A stretch of 64,000 bases of DNA from Nitrospirota bacterium (GTDB lineage Bacteria > Nitrospirota > Thermodesulfovibrionia > UBA6902): the NCBI GenBank assembly GCA_016222905.1, contig JACRPZ010000005.1, positions 66,346 through 130,345 on the forward strand. The letters are read 5' to 3'. The position numbers and the translations under genes were made by a program. The notes beneath the pieces were generated by a model. That model was given only the letters and a program-made list of their open reading frames with translations. It made no database searches and was not told the origin of the DNA. Every line of letters starts with the position of its first letter. The first letter of the stretch is position 1. Positions 27,912 through 36,529 of the stretch are shown here, piece after piece.

Positions 27912-29119
27912 ATCTCATCTGTTTTCTGCAACGGCAAATTAACGGTCAGCATATTGCCCAGAAACTGCGCGCTGGAATAATATCGAGCATTAACCTCGTA
28001 ACCGTAGCTATCAGATTTAGCAGGTTTTATTTCCATAAAATATCCCTTTGTCCGAAAAGAAACGCTCCCATGATATACATTGCAAGCCGCATTTATCAAT
28101 AGATATAGACCCATACCAGGCGACGATAAAATTGGATTTGCCGCTGTTTCAGGACTAGGCACATGAGTCTCTCCTTTTAAATCACAAGTTATTCCTGGAA
28201 ATGTTGCCGCTAAAAGTAGATGTAAGTCCGAAATTGTTTTATCGGGAATCAAATCCGAAGTCAAAATAACAGGCTCTGTTTTATTTCCATCTATGTATTC
28301 GCACACTAATCGATACTTATCGATTATATTTATGGCTCCTCTGGTTAACGCATTCCCATTATTTAATACTTCTCTTAAAGTATCTATCATGCTTTTCCCG
28401 TCATCCCACCAAGTAATTGCCATTTGGCCTTTATTTTGGCCTTTGTCGATTCTTAAACATGAAGTTGTCAGAATAATACTAGCATTAGGATGACGGACGG
28501 CATTCATTATTGCCTCAAAAACAATTCTTGAAGCAAAAAAACCATGCGGCCCATACAAATGCTTCTCTAAAACAGAAGAAATAACTTCTCGTTTCCAGCG
28601 ATTAGCTTCTGTAAGAGCACGTCCCACATTAAAAGAATCGCCCGTATTGCAAAGCTCTAAAATGGGAAGATAATTCTGAAGTATTCTTTCCCATTTACCA
28701 TAATGATTAAATAATTTTCCAGCATAAGTCTGTTCATTCAAACTTGGATTTTCTCCGAAATAACTACGATCTTCTTCCGTAACAATAGCCCAGAAACTCA
28801 ACCCTGTAGTATTCTTTATTGTATCTGGAAATGACCAAGATCTAAGAAAGTCTCTTACTTTTTTTAATCTCGGCAATTTCAAAATTGTTTCCCGATCATT
28901 CCGCGTCCTATTAATTAAAAGAGAGATTAAATAAATAAGGCAGGAAGGTTCAATAAATTCCGACTTTGAAAAATCAAGGACTAAAGACTGCTTATTGTCG
29001 CCTTTTGACGAATAGTAACTAAACCGTCGATCTAAATGTTCCAAAGTGACGTTTTCTGAAAAAGGTATATTCATTCTGTCTGAAACATCTACTTTATTAG
29101 GTTGCTGCATACAAGGCAT
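27908..29119 (-). CDS. STAS-like N-terminal module + GHKL (HATPase_c) ATPase, RsbW/SpoIIAB-like
   Basis: 403 aa. LVLDFSKSEFIEPSCLIYLISLL..LKLPRLKKVRDFLRSWSF is STAS-like. The N box is FEAIMNAVRHPNAS, the G1-like box is WWDDGKS and the G2 box is SSPGMGLYLL. No HisKA H-box. The start could be the second ATG at 29110. Confidence 0.55.
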   Translation of the reverse strand: MPCMQQPNKVDVSDRMNIPFSENVTLEHLDRRFSYYSSKGDNKQSLVLDFSKSEFIEPSCLIYLISLLINRTRNDRETILKLPRLKKVRDFLRSWSFPDTIKNTTGLSFWAIVTEEDRSYFGENPSLNEQTYAGKLFNHYGKWERILQNYLPILELCNTGDSFNVGRALTEANRWKREVISSVLEKHLYGPHGFFASRIVFEAIMNAVRHPNASIILTTSCLRIDKGQNKGQMAITWWDDGKSMIDTLREVLNNGNALTRGAINIIDKYRLVCEYIDGNKTEPVILTSDLIPDKTISDLHLLLAATFPGITCDLKGETHVPSPETAANPILSSPGMGLYLLINAACNVYHGSVSFRTKGYFMEIKPAKSDSYGYEVNARYYSSAQFLGNMLTVNLPLQKTDEI

Positions 29120-29293
29120 GTGTCCTTTCTATATAAAATTCAAAAAAATATTAAGGATAGAAAAAATGCACGGGCTACTTTTTCTCATCCCCCAGCCTCT
29201 TCCTTCAAACTCTTATCCTTCCGCTGCTTCCCTCTGCTCCATAAAAAAATCTTTGAAACATCTGACAGTAGAATCTTCGGCTCATCCGGCGCT

Positions 29294-29641
29294 CTATGCG
29301 CCTGCATCCCTAATAAATCCCCTGACCGCATCCATTAAGCCCGGAAGGTCCTCCTGAATGACCTTCCACACTATCTCAAGGTCAACTCCGAAATATTCAT
29401 GGATAAGGAGATTTCTAAAATCCTTTATGTCCTGCCATTCCACATCGGAGCGTCTTTGTTTCAACTCATCAGGGAGCTTCCCGACAGCCTCGCCGATAAT
29501 CTCAAATTCCCTGATAACCGCCGAATATGTTTTTCTCTCGTTACAGAAATCCTCAAAGGTAATACCGGCAACATACTCCGTGACCGCATTACATGAGTCT
29601 AAAATGTCCGCAAGATATAGCTGAATATCCCTTTCAGGCAT
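29294..29641 (-). CDS. hepT: HepT-like (DUF86) RNase toxin
   Basis: 115 aa. Rx4HxY motif in FRNLLIHEY. Overlaps the upstream MNT gene by 8 nt. Confidence 0.8.
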   Translation of the reverse strand: MPERDIQLYLADILDSCNAVTEYVAGITFEDFCNERKTYSAVIREFEIIGEAVGKLPDELKQRRSDVEWQDIKDFRNLLIHEYFGVDLEIVWKVIQEDLPGLMDAVRGFIRDAGA

Positions 29642-29936
29642 AAATAATTTGTTTTATAACTTTGTCTTTTATCGCAGGTTTCAGAGAATGCTCAAACCCA
29701 AGGTCTATTTCCCTTTCCATCTCATTCTCTAAGAACCTCTTAAGCTTTAGGAAACTGTGAATGTTTTTTTTGTCTTTATCCATTTCTACGACCATGTCAA
29801 TATCGCTTGCTACTGATTGCTCGCCGCGTGCAAAGCTCCCGAAAATTCCGATTCGTATAACACCGAAGCTTTTTCTAAGCAATTCACTGTTTAGTCTTAA
29901 AAAAGATATTATTTCATCCGCAGATGTCTTTTTCAT
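29634..29936 (-). CDS. mntA: MNT-type nucleotidyltransferase antitoxin
   Basis: 100 aa. GIFGSFARGEQSVASDIDMVV (GSxxRG..SDxD) minimal nucleotidyltransferase motif. Confidence 0.8.
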   Translation of the reverse strand: MKKTSADEIISFLRLNSELLRKSFGVIRIGIFGSFARGEQSVASDIDMVVEMDKDKKNIHSFLKLKRFLENEMEREIDLGFEHSLKPAIKDKVIKQIIYA

Positions 29937-30135
29937 AACATCGTTTCCTTTAGTCTGTGTTCAACATCTTATGCCGCTTTCCGTATTACCAACGGCAATA
30001 TACAAATATCGTACTTATCCTCAAGCCTGATGCATTCTTTGTGACATTCAGAAAGCGAAAATTGGGGAAAGGCGTAACTCATGTAAAATTATACATATTT
30101 ATCTTTATTAAGACAATAAGTTATAACGTTTTGTA

Positions 30136-31119
30136 CTACCCGCCTATTTTTGACATGGGCTTCAGTTTTATAAATGAGGACTCATCGCTACAGCCGATAC
30201 TGTGCCCCTCTGGTTTAACCTCTATTGCGAGATTAATAATCCTCTTTATCTCTTGGTCTGATGCCCCGTTTCTGAGCGGTGTCTTCAGATCTATCTCTGT
30301 TTCAGAAAATAGACACGGCCTGAGCTTTCCATCGGAAGTAAGACGGAGACGGTTGCACTCTCCGCAGAATTGATGGGTCACGGCATTAATAAAGCCTACC
30401 ACGCCGGGCGCATTATCAAACCGGAAATATCTTGCAGGACCTGATTTTCTTATCTTTACAGGGGTAAGCCCGCCGATCTTCTCAACAACAGACTTTATCT
30501 CATTGACAGGGATATATTTCTCTTTGCTCCAGAGATCTCTTGCGCCTATCGGCATAAATTCTATGAAGCGCACCTGATACGGCTTCACAAGGGTTATCCT
30601 TGCAAAATCCTCTATCTCTCTGTCATTAAAGCCCCTGACAGGAACCATATTTATTCTGACGGGTTTAAGCCCTGCCTTCTCTGCCCTATCAATCCCCCTT
30701 AACACAGCATCAAGAGAACCTCCTCTTGTTATCTCTGAATATCTCTCAGGGTTGAACGAATCAAGGCTTACATTTACACGGTCAAGGCCTGCGGCAGCAA
30801 GCTCATCGGCATATTTTTCAAGAAGCACGCCGTTGGTTGTCAGGCTCAGATTCTCAATACCGTTTATGGCTTTTACGGATTTAATAAGGAATGATATGTT
30901 CTTCCTTGCAAGGGGTTCCCCGCCTGTAATGCGCACCTTCCTGATGCCGACAGGCGCGGCTATCCTCACAATTCTTATAATCTCTTCATACGTAAGGGTG
31001 TCTTTGTGCCTGAGAGGCTGAACTCCCTCAGAGGGCATGCAGTAGAAACATCTGAGGTTACACCTGTCTGTAACGGATATGCGGAGGTAGTCTATCTTTC
31101 TGCCGTAAGGATCATGCAC
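30136..31119 (-). CDS. moaA: GTP 3',8-cyclase (radical SAM, molybdenum cofactor biosynthesis)
   Basis: 327 aa. CNLRCFYCMP radical-SAM cluster motif and C-terminal CGECNRLRLTSDGKLRPCL second cluster. Confidence 0.9.
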   Translation of the reverse strand: MHDPYGRKIDYLRISVTDRCNLRCFYCMPSEGVQPLRHKDTLTYEEIIRIVRIAAPVGIRKVRITGGEPLARKNISFLIKSVKAINGIENLSLTTNGVLLEKYADELAAAGLDRVNVSLDSFNPERYSEITRGGSLDAVLRGIDRAEKAGLKPVRINMVPVRGFNDREIEDFARITLVKPYQVRFIEFMPIGARDLWSKEKYIPVNEIKSVVEKIGGLTPVKIRKSGPARYFRFDNAPGVVGFINAVTHQFCGECNRLRLTSDGKLRPCLFSETEIDLKTPLRNGASDQEIKRIINLAIEVKPEGHSIGCSDESSFIKLKPMSKIGG

Positions 31120-31979
31120 TATCTTTTTTTCTTTGAAGGGGTTGCTTCCTTGAGCTTCTTCTTTGCGGATTTTGCCTCTTCGGAATCAGGGAATCTCTCT
31201 ATAAGCCTCTCAAGTATCAATTTGCCTGTCTTGGCATCCTTCAAAGCATAAAATGCCAGGCCTTGCTTAAACATTGAGCCCGGAATCTTCTCACTCTCAG
31301 GACTCTTTTTGAAGAGCTCCTCATAGGCAAGAATGGCTTCTTCATAATCTTCGTCTTTGTAATAACTCTCGGCAATCCAGAAGCGGGCATTGTCTGAATA
31401 TTCATTTTCAGGATAATCCTTCAGCATAGCGGCAAAGGCTTCCCTTGCCTCTCTGGTCTTCCCTGCTTTATATGATTCGTAAGCTGTCATATAAGCATCT
31501 TTTGCTTCGGGAACTGCCTGTTTCTTCTCCTCGGTCTGGGCTGCTTTTGCTTCTTCCTCTTTCCCAGCTTTGCTGAAGACAGGAGACATCTCTAACTGAG
31601 CGAGTCTCTTCTCCATCTCTTCAATAAGAGTTTTTATTCTATTCACCTCTGAGGTTATATGCTCCAAATCCTTAACGTTTTTTCCTGCGGAATTTTGCGC
31701 TTCATCAAGGCGGCCTGTAATGCGCTGAATTTCTTTGGACAGCTCCTGAGTCTTCATAAACATATCTGCAACTGATCGCGCGGTAGTCTTCTGAGATTCC
31801 TCCATGCCGGCAATGACATTCTCGGCGGACAATCCGGATTCCGTCTTCGCTTTTAAGGCGGTGATCTCAGACCTTATATCATTAATCTCCCACTGCACTC
31901 TTCCCACGTCGTCGGAAGTTGCGCAGCCGGATATAAAGATGAGAGCAAAAAGCGGGATTATTATATTTTTCAGGTGCAT
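31119..31979 (-). CDS. cpoB: Tol-Pal system protein CpoB/YbgF (coiled coil + TPR)
   Basis: 286 aa. Lipoprotein-like signal, long coiled coil and C-terminal TPR region (YMTAYESYKAGK...ARFWIAESYY). Lies downstream of pal. Confidence 0.7.
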   Translation of the reverse strand: MHLKNIIIPLFALIFISGCATSDDVGRVQWEINDIRSEITALKAKTESGLSAENVIAGMEESQKTTARSVADMFMKTQELSKEIQRITGRLDEAQNSAGKNVKDLEHITSEVNRIKTLIEEMEKRLAQLEMSPVFSKAGKEEEAKAAQTEEKKQAVPEAKDAYMTAYESYKAGKTREAREAFAAMLKDYPENEYSDNARFWIAESYYKDEDYEEAILAYEELFKKSPESEKIPGSMFKQGLAFYALKDAKTGKLILERLIERFPDSEEAKSAKKKLKEATPSKKKR

Positions 31980-32003
31980 ATTAACCTTTTTAAACTTATA
32001 AAT

Positions 32004-32110
32004 TCCCTCTCTCCCGACTCTTCGGGAAGAGGGTTAGGGTGAGGGGGTGAAATGTCATTTTATTCACCCTCCCCTTAATCTCCTCCACAAGGGAGGGGAG
32101 ATACCCTGCG
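32004..32110. repeat. Composite G/C-run palindromic element in the pal-cpoB spacer
   Basis: Nested hairpins TCCCGA-CTCT-TCGGGA and GGGTGAA-N12-TTCACCC, plus CCTCCCCTT...AAGGGAGGG. Similar in style to the element at 53801-53860. Confidence 0.5.
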
Positions 32111-32148
32111 GTCTCTTGCAAGGCGGTTCATTCAAAAGAGGAGTACGA

Positions 32149-32694
32149 TTATTTCACAAGAACAAAATGCGCTCTTCTGTTCTTCTGCCAGCAATCTTCA
32201 CTGCTCTGTGTGCAGGCCGGCCTCTCTTCTCCATAAGTCATTATGCTTAACCTGTTAGCTGAGACGCCTAATAAGGAGAGATACTCCCTTGCAGCCTTTG
32301 CCCTTTTTTCTCCAAGTGCGAGGTTGTATTCATTTGTTCCCCTCTCATCGCAGTGACCCTCTATTGTAATGCTAACGCCTCTGTGGCTGTTCATCCACGC
32401 GGCCACGGAATCGAGAATAGGCCGGGCATCGGGTCTTATATCGTACTGGTCATAATCAAAAAGCACGTCTCTTGAGATAGCTTCCTCTGCTGCCGCCTTT
32501 TCTGTTTCGGTTGCTATGTCTCCCTCTTTCTTTGCGGCATAGAGCGTATCATCAACCATCTCTTTCTTTTTTGTGGAAGCGCCCTCATCTGCTTTCCGTT
32601 CTTTCGTTACAGGAGCTTCTTCAGTGGGCTTTATCTCTTTTTTCGCGCAGCCTAAAGCAAAAACGATCAGTAAAAAAATCAACACCTTCTTCAT
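32149..32694 (-). CDS. pal: Peptidoglycan-associated lipoprotein
   Basis: 181 aa. Lipobox (LGCAK) and OmpA-like domain (FDYDQYDIRPDA..., EGHCDERGTNEYNLALGEKRA). Confidence 0.85.
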   Translation of the reverse strand: MKKVLIFLLIVFALGCAKKEIKPTEEAPVTKERKADEGASTKKKEMVDDTLYAAKKEGDIATETEKAAAEEAISRDVLFDYDQYDIRPDARPILDSVAAWMNSHRGVSITIEGHCDERGTNEYNLALGEKRAKAAREYLSLLGVSANRLSIMTYGEERPACTQSSEDCWQKNRRAHFVLVK

Positions 32695-32736
32695 CGTCCT
32701 AATCCTCCCTTTAATTTTTTATAAGTTATTATCATC

Positions 32737-33981
32737 TTATTTCTTGAAAGGCGACCATCTGGGCGCTCTTGCAGTTGACTCCTTTGGAGTAATTCTACGT
32801 TGCTCCTCTCCGGTTGCGCGCATTACATAAATTCCGCGCCTGCCGTCCCTGTCCGAATCAAAGGCCATAAAGAGTCCGTCAGGGGAGAAGGCCGGTTCTT
32901 CATTATTGCCGGTCTCCGTGAGCTGCCTCATCTCCGTACCATCAGATTTTATCACAAAAATCTGGTTTTTACCATTGACTCTTCCCGCGTAAGCAAGCCT
33001 GCTTCCGTCTGGAGACCACGCTGGAGATGTGTTGTAACTCCCCTCAAACGTTATTCTTCTTACGCCCCCTCCGTCGGCATTCATTATGTATATCTGAGGC
33101 GTGCCTCCTCTGTCCGACACAAATGCTATTTGAGAAGCGTCAGGAGAGAAGGCCGGAGATACATCTATGCCGTAAGACTTGGTGAGTTTTTCAGGAATTT
33201 TTTTGTTTATATCCATCACATATATTTCCGGGCTGCCGTCCTTTGACGATGAAAAAGCAAATCTGCTGCCGGAAGATATGTTTCCTGCAAGGTTAAGCCC
33301 CTCTGACTGAAACAGCGTCTCCTTCTCAGCCCCCATCAGATCAATCAGATATATCGTCCACTTCTTATTGCCCTCTGAAGAATAAGCTATATAATTTCCG
33401 TCGTAAGACCAGTTGTGGCTTAAGGCGAGCCTGCTGGAAACTATGCGTCTTGGATTATAGCCGTCCCAGTCCATCATATAAAGCTCCTTCTTCCCATCTG
33501 AAACAGATATATAGGCGATCTGCGTCCTGAATATGCCGTTCCTTCCGGTGACGGCTTTAAAGATATCATTCGCCGCATTATGGGCAAGCGCGCGGATTAT
33601 ATTCGTTGAAGCCGAGTAAATCTTTTGCAGTATATTCACCCCTTCAATCATGTCAGTTACGGTCACGTATACATCCATATTCTCAGAAACCTGCGCTTCA
33701 ATCTCTATCCTGATCTCAGCGCCCGGAATTTCCGGAGCAACATCAGAAAATATCCCCGTAAAATAGAGGTCATTCTTGATTATCTCCTCTATTGCCGCGG
33801 CTTCGCTTGTGCCTTTATGAGTTATTGAGGTAGGAATTTTTCTCTGTGCCGGAGAGGTAATATCTAAATACACCTTGGCATGAGAAACGCTGAAGAATGA
33901 AGAATAAAGAATAAAAAACGCAAAGACAATAAAAAAAACTTTCAGCTTTAGCCTTTTTCTTATAAAGACTTCCTTGCTCAC
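32737..33981 (-). CDS. tolB: Tol-Pal system beta-propeller protein TolB
   Basis: 414 aa. Repeated P-x-(W/F)-SPDG blades (PAFSPDAS, PAWSPDGS, PAFSPDGL). Position between tolA-like and pal. Confidence 0.85.
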   Translation of the reverse strand: MSKEVFIRKRLKLKVFFIVFAFFILYSSFFSVSHAKVYLDITSPAQRKIPTSITHKGTSEAAAIEEIIKNDLYFTGIFSDVAPEIPGAEIRIEIEAQVSENMDVYVTVTDMIEGVNILQKIYSASTNIIRALAHNAANDIFKAVTGRNGIFRTQIAYISVSDGKKELYMMDWDGYNPRRIVSSRLALSHNWSYDGNYIAYSSEGNKKWTIYLIDLMGAEKETLFQSEGLNLAGNISSGSRFAFSSSKDGSPEIYVMDINKKIPEKLTKSYGIDVSPAFSPDASQIAFVSDRGGTPQIYIMNADGGGVRRITFEGSYNTSPAWSPDGSRLAYAGRVNGKNQIFVIKSDGTEMRQLTETGNNEEPAFSPDGLFMAFDSDRDGRRGIYVMRATGEEQRRITPKESTARAPRWSPFKK

Positions 33982-34709
33982 GGATAAAACCTCAACACTA
34001 TCTCCTCCATCACCAGCGAAAGCGGAGGCAGAGACAGAGGACTGGCTTTTGATATCGCCTTCAACGCAGACTTGTCAAAGAAATCATTGCCTGATGTCTT
34101 CTCAAGTGTCTTGGAAACCACCTTGCCTTTGCTGTCTATTTTTATAGATATTTCAACCTCAAGTCCCGCTGAATCAAAATCAGGAGGTATCTCCCATTCG
34201 TTCCTTATTTCGCCGGTTATCAAGGCATAGTAAGAATCTGAAGGTAGCCGCTCCCCTCCTACGGCGCCTTTTACAGAAGCCGCATTTTTTATAGCTTCTA
34301 TTCCCAGCGTTTTATCTCCCTCTGCTTTTTTTTTGGGCAATGCATTTATAGCTGCATTTATATCTTTAAGATTTTGTCTCTTTTTGTTTACCGTTTCCCG
34401 CAACTTCATGAACATCTCTCTCTCAATATCCTTTTTTTCCGTGTCTGCTTTCTTATCAACTTCCTTCTTTTCTTTTACAGATTCTTCCTTCTTGACGACG
34501 GGCTTCTCTTCAGCCCTTCTTGCCGCAGGCTCTCCGCCCCCGCTCACTTTAGCAGGCTCAACAAGGCTGACGTAATAATTCTTGAACTCTCTCTCTCCTG
34601 TATTAAAAGGAATGAAAAAAAAAGCCATGAGAATAAAATGCAGAACTACAGAGGCGATTACAAGCCTTCGAAGGCTCGGTTCATGGCCGATGCCAATGGA
34701 GATCTTCAT
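33978..34709 (-). CDS. tolA: TolA-like / TonB_C-domain cell envelope protein
   Basis: 243 aa. TM anchor, Lys/Glu-rich helical linker and TonB_C-like C-terminus. Operon position after tolR. Confidence 0.55.
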   Translation of the reverse strand: MKISIGIGHEPSLRRLVIASVVLHFILMAFFFIPFNTGEREFKNYYVSLVEPAKVSGGGEPAARRAEEKPVVKKEESVKEKKEVDKKADTEKKDIEREMFMKLRETVNKKRQNLKDINAAINALPKKKAEGDKTLGIEAIKNAASVKGAVGGERLPSDSYYALITGEIRNEWEIPPDFDSAGLEVEISIKIDSKGKVVSKTLEKTSGNDFFDKSALKAISKASPLSLPPLSLVMEEIVLRFYP

Positions 34710-35095
34710 CTAAACCGTGCTTTTGGCTCCGTAACCATCCCCAGTTTTTCAACACCAATCTCTCTTAGCTCCCCCATAACAGCGACCACAGTTCCATAGG
34801 GAACATCCTTGTCGGCTTTAAGAAAGACCTCTTTATCGAACTTCCCGGAGAGTTTTATTTTAAGCGTATCTAAGGTTACGGCAGACTTATTCAGATATAT
34901 ATTGCCGCCTCTCTTTATGGTTATCTCAACCCTTTCAGCCGGGGAAAGCTTCTGGCCTGAAGCCTGCGGAAGGTTGACATCCACGCCCTGCTGAAGCAGC
35001 GGCGCAGTCGCCATAAAAATTATAAGCAGGACAAGCATTACGTCCACAAAAGGGGTTACATTAATCTCTGATAGAGCCTTGTTGCGCCTCTCCAT
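34706..35095 (-). CDS. tolR: Biopolymer transport protein TolR/ExbD
   Basis: 129 aa. INVTPFVDVMLVLLIIFM TM motif of the ExbD/TolR family. Confidence 0.8.
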   Translation of the reverse strand: MERRNKALSEINVTPFVDVMLVLLIIFMATAPLLQQGVDVNLPQASGQKLSPAERVEITIKRGGNIYLNKSAVTLDTLKIKLSGKFDKEVFLKADKDVPYGTVVAVMGELREIGVEKLGMVTEPKARFR

Positions 35096-35717
35096 GTTTC
35101 CTCATATAACGGTCTATTAATTCCTGTGAGAAATCTTCCATCATAATAGTATCCCTGCGGACCCTGCTCAGATAATAGTTATATGCAACAACAGCGGGGA
35201 TTGCGGCGGCAAGTCCTGCGGCAGTTGCAATCAGCGCCTCGGCAATGCCCGGGGCAACTACAGCAAGAGATGCGGAGCCCATCCTGCCGATGCCTCTGAA
35301 AGAATTCATTATCCCCCAGACCGTTCCAAAAAGACCAATGAAAGGAGTCGTGGAACCGGTTGTTGCAAGAAAAGTGAGGTATCCTTCAAGTTTTGCGGCC
35401 TCGGTTGCCTCTGTCCTCTTCAGAGACCTCTTTATATCATCCTTATCCATCCCTTCAGAAGAATTGACTGTCCTGAAGAGATTCGCAAGGGGACTCAGTC
35501 TTAACCTTACAGTCGTCCTGTAAAGGGTGTCCCAATCCGGGCTCTTTGAAAAGGCCCTCTGAAATTCTTCAGACTCTTTTTCAATTCTTGATAGAAATCT
35601 GAATTTGTAAAATATTATCGCCCATGAAAATACCGAGAAGAATAAGAGCACCAGGAGTATAAATTTTACAACAGGCCCTGCCCTTAATATAAGTGATAAT
35701 ATTGTATCTCCGTCCAT
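35061..35717 (-). CDS. tolQ: Proton channel protein TolQ (MotA/TolQ/ExbB family)
   Basis: 218 aa. Three TM helices and the TTPFIGLFGTVWGIM motif. Confidence 0.85.
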   Translation of the reverse strand: MDGDTILSLILRAGPVVKFILLVLLFFSVFSWAIIFYKFRFLSRIEKESEEFQRAFSKSPDWDTLYRTTVRLRLSPLANLFRTVNSSEGMDKDDIKRSLKRTEATEAAKLEGYLTFLATTGSTTPFIGLFGTVWGIMNSFRGIGRMGSASLAVVAPGIAEALIATAAGLAAAIPAVVAYNYYLSRVRRDTIMMEDFSQELIDRYMRKHGEAQQGSIRD

Positions 35718-35786
35718 AATACATTGAAGTTTAAAAGAAAGCTCTCAAAAAGTCAAAGATTTAAATTACCTTCCTCCTGTTTCTTC

Positions 35787-35816
35787 TTGACAAAATCTAT
35801 TGCGAGAAGATAAAAT
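35787..35816 (+). promoter_or_regulatory. Sigma-70-like promoter candidate for the DsrEFH/TusA-like operon
   Basis: TTGACA (35787-35792), an 18-nt spacer, then TAAAAT (35811-35816), about 45 nt upstream of the ATG at 35859. Confidence 0.4.
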
Positions 35817-35858
35817 CTTTTGTCTTATAAATCTTTTCCTACCCCAGGAGGTATAGTC

Positions 35859-36155
35859 ATGAAATTAGCTGTTTTTGTGAGTGATTTCAGGAATACTGTT
35901 GACACGCTGGACAGGCTAAAACCTGAAAAGCTCGGAGTCATCTTAGTTGGAAACGGTGTGTATCACGCTGTTATCAAGGAAAACGGCGCGCCTTCGCCGG
36001 TTTTGAAGACATCTGCTGACTTTTACGCACTTGCCGAAGACCTTGAGACAAGAGGAATAAACACTGCAAACGTTAAGAACAATGTGAAGGTTATCAGTTA
36101 CGGGGATATTGTTGATTTGATATTTAATGATTACGAAAAAACTGCCTGGTTATAG
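35859..36155 (+). CDS. DsrH/TusB-like sulfur relay protein
   Basis: The ATG at 35859 follows an AGGAGG RBS. 98 aa, MKLAVFVSD...VGNGVYHAV...FYALAEDLETRGI pattern of the DsrH family. Confidence 0.5.
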   Translation: MKLAVFVSDFRNTVDTLDRLKPEKLGVILVGNGVYHAVIKENGAPSPVLKTSADFYALAEDLETRGINTANVKNNVKVISYGDIVDLIFNDYEKTAWL

Positions 36156-36167
36156 GAGGATATAATA

Positions 36168-36527
36168 ATGGGAAAACTTACGATTGGTTGTTTCTCTTCG
36201 CTTGTAGGCTCGATGAGCCTTGATTTTGCTGTAAAGCTTGCCGCTGCTGCCATTGATAAAGGGCATAAGGTTGATTTCTGGGTTTCAGGAAACGGGACAA
36301 TGCTCTCAATAAAAGATCAGAGGTCCTTTAAAGATTATTCTTCCCTTGAAAAACCCCTTAAGGAACTGATGGCAAAGGGCTTGAATGTAACAGCATGCGA
36401 AGCTTGCGCCGAGGCAAGGGGTTATCACAAAGATATTACAATGGAAGGTTTCAAGAGACACAGTATGGACTGGTACCTTGCAAGTACTTTTAGCGCGGAC
36501 AGGGTACTGCATATAGGAGGTGAGTAA
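36168..36527 (+). CDS. DsrE/DsrF-family sulfur relay protein
   Basis: 119 aa. DsrE-fold pattern with VTACEACAEARG near the C-terminal third. Confidence 0.5.
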   Translation: MGKLTIGCFSSLVGSMSLDFAVKLAAAAIDKGHKVDFWVSGNGTMLSIKDQRSFKDYSSLEKPLKELMAKGLNVTACEACAEARGYHKDITMEGFKRHSMDWYLASTFSADRVLHIGGE

Positions 36528-36529
36528 AA

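Noticed and set aside
25121-29119. Whether the three-gene operon is simply Detocs (kinase, receiver buffer, receiver-PNP).
   Set aside because: No receiver domain is present in any of the three proteins. The ATPase lacks a HisKA H-box and looks RsbW-like with a STAS-like module. The middle gene is a double PRTase-like protein rather than a receiver. Only the PNP effector class is shared.
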